The translations under genes and the position numbers were made by a program. A stretch of 64,000 nt of DNA, from positions 1 through 64,000 of the IMG/VR virus record IMGVR_UViG_3300034071_002198; one strand, given 5' to 3'. Below the pieces are notes generated by a model, which searched no databases, was not told the origin of the DNA, and worked only from the letters and a program-made list of their open reading frames with translations. Source of the DNA: an uncultured virus (IMG/VR IMGVR_UViG_3300034071_002198) (lineage: Duplodnaviria > Heunggongvirae > Uroviricota > Caudoviricetes). Each line of letters opens with the position of its first letter. Positions within the stretch are counted from its first letter, which is position 1. Positions 59,396 to 64,000 of the stretch are shown here, piece by piece.

Positions 59396-59539
59396 TTAAA
59401 TTTTGAATGTTACAATATACTTTCCATTAGGGGTTTTCTTCATTGTAGCTGGAATAGATATGTTACCGAATTTGGCGATTAACTTTCCTGCTTCTTCTAT
59501 TGTGTCAAACAGTTTCTTGTATATGTTTTTTTCTGTCAT
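59396..59539 (-). CDS. Small hypothetical protein (47 aa, MTEKNIYK...), not in ORF track
   Basis: Hand-translated; A-rich upstream. Confidence 0.55.
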   Translation of the reverse strand: MTEKNIYKKLFDTIEEAGKLIAKFGNISIPATMKKTPNGKYIVTFKI

Positions 59540-59544
59540 TTTAT

Positions 59545-59805
59545 TTAGTTTTTATAATAGATAGCATTCCATCTACCATTTTCATTTTTATAGACTCCAC
59601 AAGTACCTTTACCATTTACCATATATCCATTCCACTTTTTAGAAAAATTAGTGGCATAGTAACCACGGTCTGGAGAATTATGGTCATATTTGTAGTTATG
59701 GCCTTTAGAAATTCTAAGCACTTCTTTGATCATCTCGGTATATGTAAAATTATTACCGTTCTCAATCATGTGCTCTACAAGTTTTTCTTTTATAGTCTTT
59801 CTCAT
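59545..59805 (-). CDS. Hypothetical protein (winged-helix-like pattern)
   Basis: ORF; fold is a guess. Confidence 0.65.
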   Translation of the reverse strand: MRKTIKEKLVEHMIENGNNFTYTEMIKEVLRISKGHNYKYDHNSPDRGYYATNFSKKWNGYMVNGKGTCGVYKNENGRWNAIYYKN

Positions 59806-59836
59806 TTATTTACGTATTTATATTCTTAGACAATTT

Positions 59837-59992
59837 GGAAATTTTCCCGGTGTGCGTGGCCAGTCAACGCGGGGCCCCCGGCTAGGGCCCTCCTATCTAC
59901 CATAATTAGGTCATTGCTGTGGTGCTAGCTCCGTGCTAATGGTCAAGAGCAAGCCGCAAGCATGTCGCTCGCGAGCTCGTCTCTCTAACCAA
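59837..59992. other. GC-rich palindromic non-coding element
   Basis: GGGGCCCC, GGGCCC-N7-GGGCCC and GCTCGCGAGC in an AT-rich genome. Confidence 0.5.
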
Positions 59993-60787
59993 CTAGTTTG
60001 AGTAAGCGCTAGCTAAACTCCACAGGCCTTGGTTGATATTGAAGTCCTCTATAGGATTCTTGATCGCCCTAGCTTGACGGTTGTTTAATTGGAACCCACC
60101 CTTAATAAGATTCTCTTGTACGGTATTGTAAGTGTGCCACAAGGTAGGCTGCGCATCGATCTTACGTTTAGCATTTAGAATGTCTAGTACCTCGTACTGT
60201 TCAGGCTGACGATCATCTGAAAGTCTTAAGGCCAATGCTTCTACAGCAAACTGGTATCTTTGCTTATCAGTCATCTCGATCATATTCCATTTGCTTATGG
60301 TATTAACTACGCCTTGGAGTCCAGATACCTTCTCATCAATAAGGTTCTTAACCTCTTGGAAGTTCATCTTGGTGTGGCGCTCTCTAAAGGAACCCATGTC
60401 CTTGTCCTTGATAACCAAACCATTCTCACATACAAGACGGAACAAGCCCATCTCGAATTGAATTGGTCTAGTGCCATCATGAGAGTTGATAAGTACAACC
60501 TCAGGCCTTGCTTCGATCTTACCCTGTGGGTCTTTAATGTAGAGGTCAGGGTGTTGGAAGCGGGTGATGTGTATGCCCCAATTCTTACGGAGCTCTACGT
60601 TAGAACTAGATTGCTTTACTCCTGTCAATACGTAACCCATATCCTGCATGTGGTCGATAACCTCAAACGTAGGAGTGAACTGGTACTTCGGACTTTTGAT
60701 AGTCGGTGCAGGTGAAGTAGCAAAGATAGCTGGAGCGATTTGTCTTGCAGTGTCGAGAGAGATAGATGTAATAGTGTTCAAATTCAT
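59993..60787 (-). CDS. DUF932/DUF945 family protein
   Basis: APAIFA...KYQFTPT, LINSHDG, GLFRLVCENG, LWHTYNTVQENLIKGG, NQGLW. Confidence 0.88.
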   Translation of the reverse strand: MNLNTITSISLDTARQIAPAIFATSPAPTIKSPKYQFTPTFEVIDHMQDMGYVLTGVKQSSSNVELRKNWGIHITRFQHPDLYIKDPQGKIEARPEVVLINSHDGTRPIQFEMGLFRLVCENGLVIKDKDMGSFRERHTKMNFQEVKNLIDEKVSGLQGVVNTISKWNMIEMTDKQRYQFAVEALALRLSDDRQPEQYEVLDILNAKRKIDAQPTLWHTYNTVQENLIKGGFQLNNRQARAIKNPIEDFNINQGLWSLASAYSN

Positions 60788-60853
60788 AACCTTTATTTAT
60801 ATTGTAATTTAATTAATTAATCTGATGTGGTAAAATAATTCTTTGGAGTGGAC

Positions 60854-61132
60854 CTAGTATCTGTTAATGATGTCACTGATCTCTTTATTCCTTTTCATTT
60901 CCTCTAGTGAACCGTACCTAAGGCCGATCTGAAAGAAGTCTAAGGCAGTTCCAGTGATAATGAACCTACTCATGTTTCCGTCCTCATCCTTTTCTACATC
61001 CATCTGGATCCTGTCATTCACCCATAGGTCTGAACTGTAGAGGTTCTCATTGATGGTGTCAACGGCCTTTTTAATGAATTCGTAGTTACGTACTGAGGAG
61101 AGGATAAGCTGTGTTCTGTCTGTCATTGTCAT
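60854..61132 (-). CDS. Hypothetical early protein
   Basis: Likely start MTMTDRT, just after host-type promoter. Confidence 0.7.
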   Translation of the reverse strand: MTMTDRTQLILSSVRNYEFIKKAVDTINENLYSSDLWVNDRIQMDVEKDEDGNMSRFIITGTALDFFQIGLRYGSLEEMKRNKEISDIINRY

Positions 61133-61149
61133 TATTGATTGGTATATAG

Positions 61150-61187
61150 TAAAATTAAGACATTCCAGTGACATAAAAAAATATTTA
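61150..61187 (-). promoter_or_regulatory. Host-RNAP-type promoter (copy of primase promoter)
   Basis: TAAATATTTTTTTATGTCA-N6-TGTCTTA is identical to the 34387-34418 element apart from the spacer. Confidence 0.65.
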
Positions 61188-61216
61188 GGCAACTATTTTG
61201 AAAAGTTTTTATTGAG

Positions 61217-61298
61217 AATCAATCAGTTATAAGTCGTTGGTAATCAATCTCTTATATACGTAAATATCCTTTCTAACTTATTGGGTATCAATCACTTA
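61217..61298. promoter_or_regulatory. Three IHF-consensus (WATCAANNNNTTR) sites
   Basis: AATCAATCAGTTA 61217-61229, AATCAATCTCTTA 61242-61254, TATCAATCACTTA 61286-61298. Confidence 0.55.
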
Positions 61299-61438
61299 GG
61301 TGACGCGGGCGTGATATGGCTACGGATCCAGACTATTCTTTTCCTTATTCTTTTATACACAAATTGACACAAACTAACACTTTCTAACAATATTAATTTT
61401 TTATATCCGTTAGATCTTTCTAGTTACACACTAGGTAT

Positions 61439-61699
61439 TTAAAAGGTGAACCCGCTATCTATGTATCTTACGGTATTCTTAACAGCCGGTTGTGGGGTTG
61501 GTTGAGGTATTTCTTCTATAGTATTATTCTGTTCTATAGGTTTTATTTCTTCTTCTGTTATTACAGGTGTAGGAGTTGTTTCTTCTTCCTTTATATCCTT
61601 ATCTGTATTTTTATCCTCTGGTATTATATTATTATCTTTATTCACTGGATTATTATCTATGTTTATGTCTTGGGCCTGTTGGTTTTTGTTTATGTCCAT
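61439..61699 (-). CDS. Low-complexity acidic hypothetical protein
   Basis: ORF downstream of 61707 gene. Confidence 0.6.
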   Translation of the reverse strand: MDINKNQQAQDINIDNNPVNKDNNIIPEDKNTDKDIKEEETTPTPVITEEEIKPIEQNNTIEEIPQPTPQPAVKNTVRYIDSGFTF

Positions 61700-61706
61700 G
61701 GTTGTT

Positions 61707-62831
61707 TTATTTTACTTTAGCAAGTACGTCAAACATATTATTTGGTATTATCTCAGCATTAGGAAGTCTTCCTAGTATATACTTAGTGTAAAGGTTTGCT
61801 CTTGAATTAGAAGATAGATCTGTATCTCTTACTTTAGTAGACTTAGGATTTGTCGTAGTTCTTTTAGCCGGGTTAAATGCTATGTACTTGATATATTGAT
61901 TAATGGCTAAATCTTCTTTTACTATAGCTGTTACGGTATTCATTACTCTGTATAACTCTCCTTTATTTGTTACTATATTCTGGTTTGATCCTACTGAATT
62001 AGTATCATCAGACTCATCAATCACTCCAAATGTAACTATAAGTACTGTACTTTCCAATCTTCTTTTTTGATCATCAGGGATACTTGAATCTAATTCATCA
62101 CCATATAGTATAAGTTTACTAACCTCCATCGGTCCTTCAACTGGATCGTACTCTTCTAATTCTACTGCGTATAATAATCCACTTGGTGTTTTGAATGAAT
62201 AAAGTCTATAGTCCTCCATGTCTTCTTCTGTCTTAAATACATAAGAATCTATTTTTTCCTTCTCTAATCCAATCTCATTTACCTTCTTACCTTTGAAGTC
62301 TTTATTGATATAATACTTGAAGGAATGTTTTGATGCTTCCTTATTTTTCTCAAAGGTTGGGAATAGAGTTTCTACATAGTAGTCATATATAGTATCTCTC
62401 TTCTTATCCGATGGTGCCCATGCCATTGCGTATACCTTATCCATACCTCCAACCTTTTCGGCAGTATTCTTTACAGCTTGAACCACGGTAGCCAGAACTT
62501 TCAACGTATCTCCTGCTCCAGTCTTTTCATCATATTTATCCTCATCATTCGGATTCTCATCACCAGGATCAGGAATAAAATCACTCTTAGTTCCTTGAGC
62601 AGTAGTATCTGCACCAAATGCCACATAGAGTGTAATTCCAGGATCCTTTGGTTTTTTGGATACTAATACTGTTACCTCCATAGGATCTTCGTTTATATTA
62701 GTATAGGCATACTTATAGTAATCTCCGTACCCTAAATTCTTAGATGCTATCTTATCAAACTTATAAGCATCTTTTGGTTGTGGTACATTTAACTCTAGAG
62801 TAAGTTCTTCAAGTAATTGTCTTAATTTCAT
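61707..62831 (-). CDS. Hypothetical protein with a duplicated domain and MKLRQLLEE leader
   Basis: Two copies of V.FG...T..G....V..TV...VK...F/W.P...R..LY/IY; late motif at 62845-62852. Confidence 0.75.
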   Translation of the reverse strand: MKLRQLLEELTLELNVPQPKDAYKFDKIASKNLGYGDYYKYAYTNINEDPMEVTVLVSKKPKDPGITLYVAFGADTTAQGTKSDFIPDPGDENPNDEDKYDEKTGAGDTLKVLATVVQAVKNTAEKVGGMDKVYAMAWAPSDKKRDTIYDYYVETLFPTFEKNKEASKHSFKYYINKDFKGKKVNEIGLEKEKIDSYVFKTEEDMEDYRLYSFKTPSGLLYAVELEEYDPVEGPMEVSKLILYGDELDSSIPDDQKRRLESTVLIVTFGVIDESDDTNSVGSNQNIVTNKGELYRVMNTVTAIVKEDLAINQYIKYIAFNPAKRTTTNPKSTKVRDTDLSSNSRANLYTKYILGRLPNAEIIPNNMFDVLAKVK

Positions 62832-62854
62832 CCTGATCTTTTATATAAATATCT

Positions 62855-63241
62855 TTATACCTTACTATCTAAATCTCTTATCATCCATTTGATCTTGCCT
62901 ATCTCTTCTAAGATCATATCTAACTTGGATTCTATACTTGTAGTCTTGCATTCTTTAATATCTGTAACAGCATAAGCAATTCCGTCACTATATTCTATTT
63001 GATAATCTACCTTCTTACCTTGAGTAGGAAAGTCTGCCATTTGATATTGGTGCATCCAACTCCTACATTCATTCGGATGAAGTGGAATACCGTCAGACCA
63101 TAAGCCATCATAATAAACTGTATAGACAATCCACTCTCCTTCATCATATCTTAAAAATCCTGGATGTATTTCATACAATCCGTCTTGCTGATCTTGATTC
63201 ATCATATCTATTAGAATTTGTTTTTGTTCTTCTTTATCCAT
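62855..63241 (-). CDS. Hypothetical protein
   Basis: ORF. Confidence 0.7.
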   Translation of the reverse strand: MDKEEQKQILIDMMNQDQQDGLYEIHPGFLRYDEGEWIVYTVYYDGLWSDGIPLHPNECRSWMHQYQMADFPTQGKKVDYQIEYSDGIAYAVTDIKECKTTSIESKLDMILEEIGKIKWMIRDLDSKV

Positions 63242-63243
63242 CT

Positions 63244-63402
63244 TTATCTATTTTTCATTCTTTCCATTTGTTCCATATATTCCTCGAACCAAAAGTCCCT
63301 GTCCTCATCCCAGTTACCTGTCAATTGAGGATAGAACTCATAGAACATTCCACTCTTTAACAGAGTATTGTATGCAGTCTTTGCTTTGTCTAAATTTTCC
63401 AT
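63244..63402 (-). CDS. Small hypothetical protein (52 aa, MENLDKAK...LLKSGMFYEFYPQLTGNW), not in ORF track
   Basis: Hand-translated; fills operon gap exactly. Confidence 0.65.
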   Translation of the reverse strand: MENLDKAKTAYNTLLKSGMFYEFYPQLTGNWDEDRDFWFEEYMEQMERMKNR

Positions 63403-63403
63403 A

Positions 63404-63613
63404 TTATAACTTTTCTATTTCTTGTTTTACTTCTGTCCAAAATTCATATCCGCTATGTGTGCCCATATATCCTAATACTTCGACACAACATTCAATTGCC
63501 TGTCTTTTGGCAATACCTTTACGTTCTTTTACATTTAATTTATGTCCTGTTTCTGCCAATACAATTAGCTCAGACATTGAAATTAATTTGGTTGCTTTTT
63601 CTTTTGCTGTCAT
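63404..63613 (-). CDS. Hypothetical protein (MTAKEKA...FWTEVKQEIEKL type)
   Basis: ORF. Confidence 0.7.
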   Translation of the reverse strand: MTAKEKATKLISMSELIVLAETGHKLNVKERKGIAKRQAIECCVEVLGYMGTHSGYEFWTEVKQEIEKL

Positions 63614-63622
63614 AACTTTTAT

Positions 63623-64000
63623 TTAATAAGATTCATAAGACTTCTCTTCTACTATACCTGAATTGGTTAATAGGTTTATCTCCTTCTTAATCTCGGCCCT
63701 TCGATCATTCTTAATATACACAGATCTGGCCAATTGGATAAACTTATCTCCGAAGTCTTTTTGCCTCTCGCATTCTCGGATATCATCTTCTATATCCCAA
63801 AGTTCCTTGTTCACTACTGCAAGATCAAGGTACTTATCATAGACTTCTTTCTTCTTAACAACCTTCAAGAAGATAGGAATTATCCAGTCTATTTCTTTCT
63901 CAACGTTATCTAGCTTGGTATCGTCTTTGATATTTGATCTCTTAATGAGTAGGATAGAGAACTTGTCTGCGATTTCTCCATTTGATACTTCTATTTTCAT
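63623..64000 (-). CDS. DUF6165-like protein
   Basis: EVSNGEIADKFSILLIK...VNKELWDIED..R...FIQLARSVY..ND.R..IKKEIN...EEKSY. Confidence 0.75.
   Translation of the reverse strand: MKIEVSNGEIADKFSILLIKRSNIKDDTKLDNVEKEIDWIIPIFLKVVKKKEVYDKYLDLAVVNKELWDIEDDIRECERQKDFGDKFIQLARSVYIKNDRRAEIKKEINLLTNSGIVEEKSYESY

Noticed and set aside
61300..61340. Possible tRNA in the GC-richer intergenic stretch
   Set aside because: No cloverleaf or T-loop GTTC motif
8270..63626. Numerous short opposite-strand ORFs in the track (e.g. 9298-9567, 10213-10611, 20514-20981, 60260-60715)
   Set aside because: Fully overlap well-supported genes on the other strand and have no recognisable motifs
1..64000. Stop-codon reassignment, introns or inteins
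   Set aside because: Core genes (TerL, portal, capsid, primase) are intact and of normal length in the standard code

Overview
This is 64 kb of a large, AT-rich, T4-like contractile-tailed phage genome using the standard genetic code. The host is most likely a Bacteroidetes, judged from TAnnTT(T/A)G promoter boxes and A-rich, Shine-Dalgarno-less starts. The minus-strand block (1-34376) starts with a giant Gly/Ser/Thr-repeat fibre that runs off the window and is absent from the ORF track. It continues with neck genes, PhoH, capsid, scaffold, prohead protease, portal, TerL, about 20 small probable internal head proteins with shared N-terminal leaders, a kinase/nucleotidyltransferase/HAD trio, an exonuclease and primase. 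A divergent promoter region holds a candidate structured RNA. The plus-strand block (34728-56169) encodes a glutaredoxin, an HD hydrolase, a gp55-like late sigma factor and baseplate genes. It also holds the most striking element: a mucin-like Thr-rich virion protein followed by three late-expressed glycosyltransferase-like genes, one resembling plant peptide O-glycosyltransferases. This cassette sits between the two halves of a split structural gene, suggesting a phage-encoded virion O-glycosylation system. The minus-strand block at 56218-64000 has small accessory/early genes (T5orf172, DUF932, DUF6165), IHF-like sites and a GC-rich element. A late-promoter motif ATATTTAT precedes 16 genes. 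All functional calls come from motifs recognised by eye and from synteny; no searches were run.
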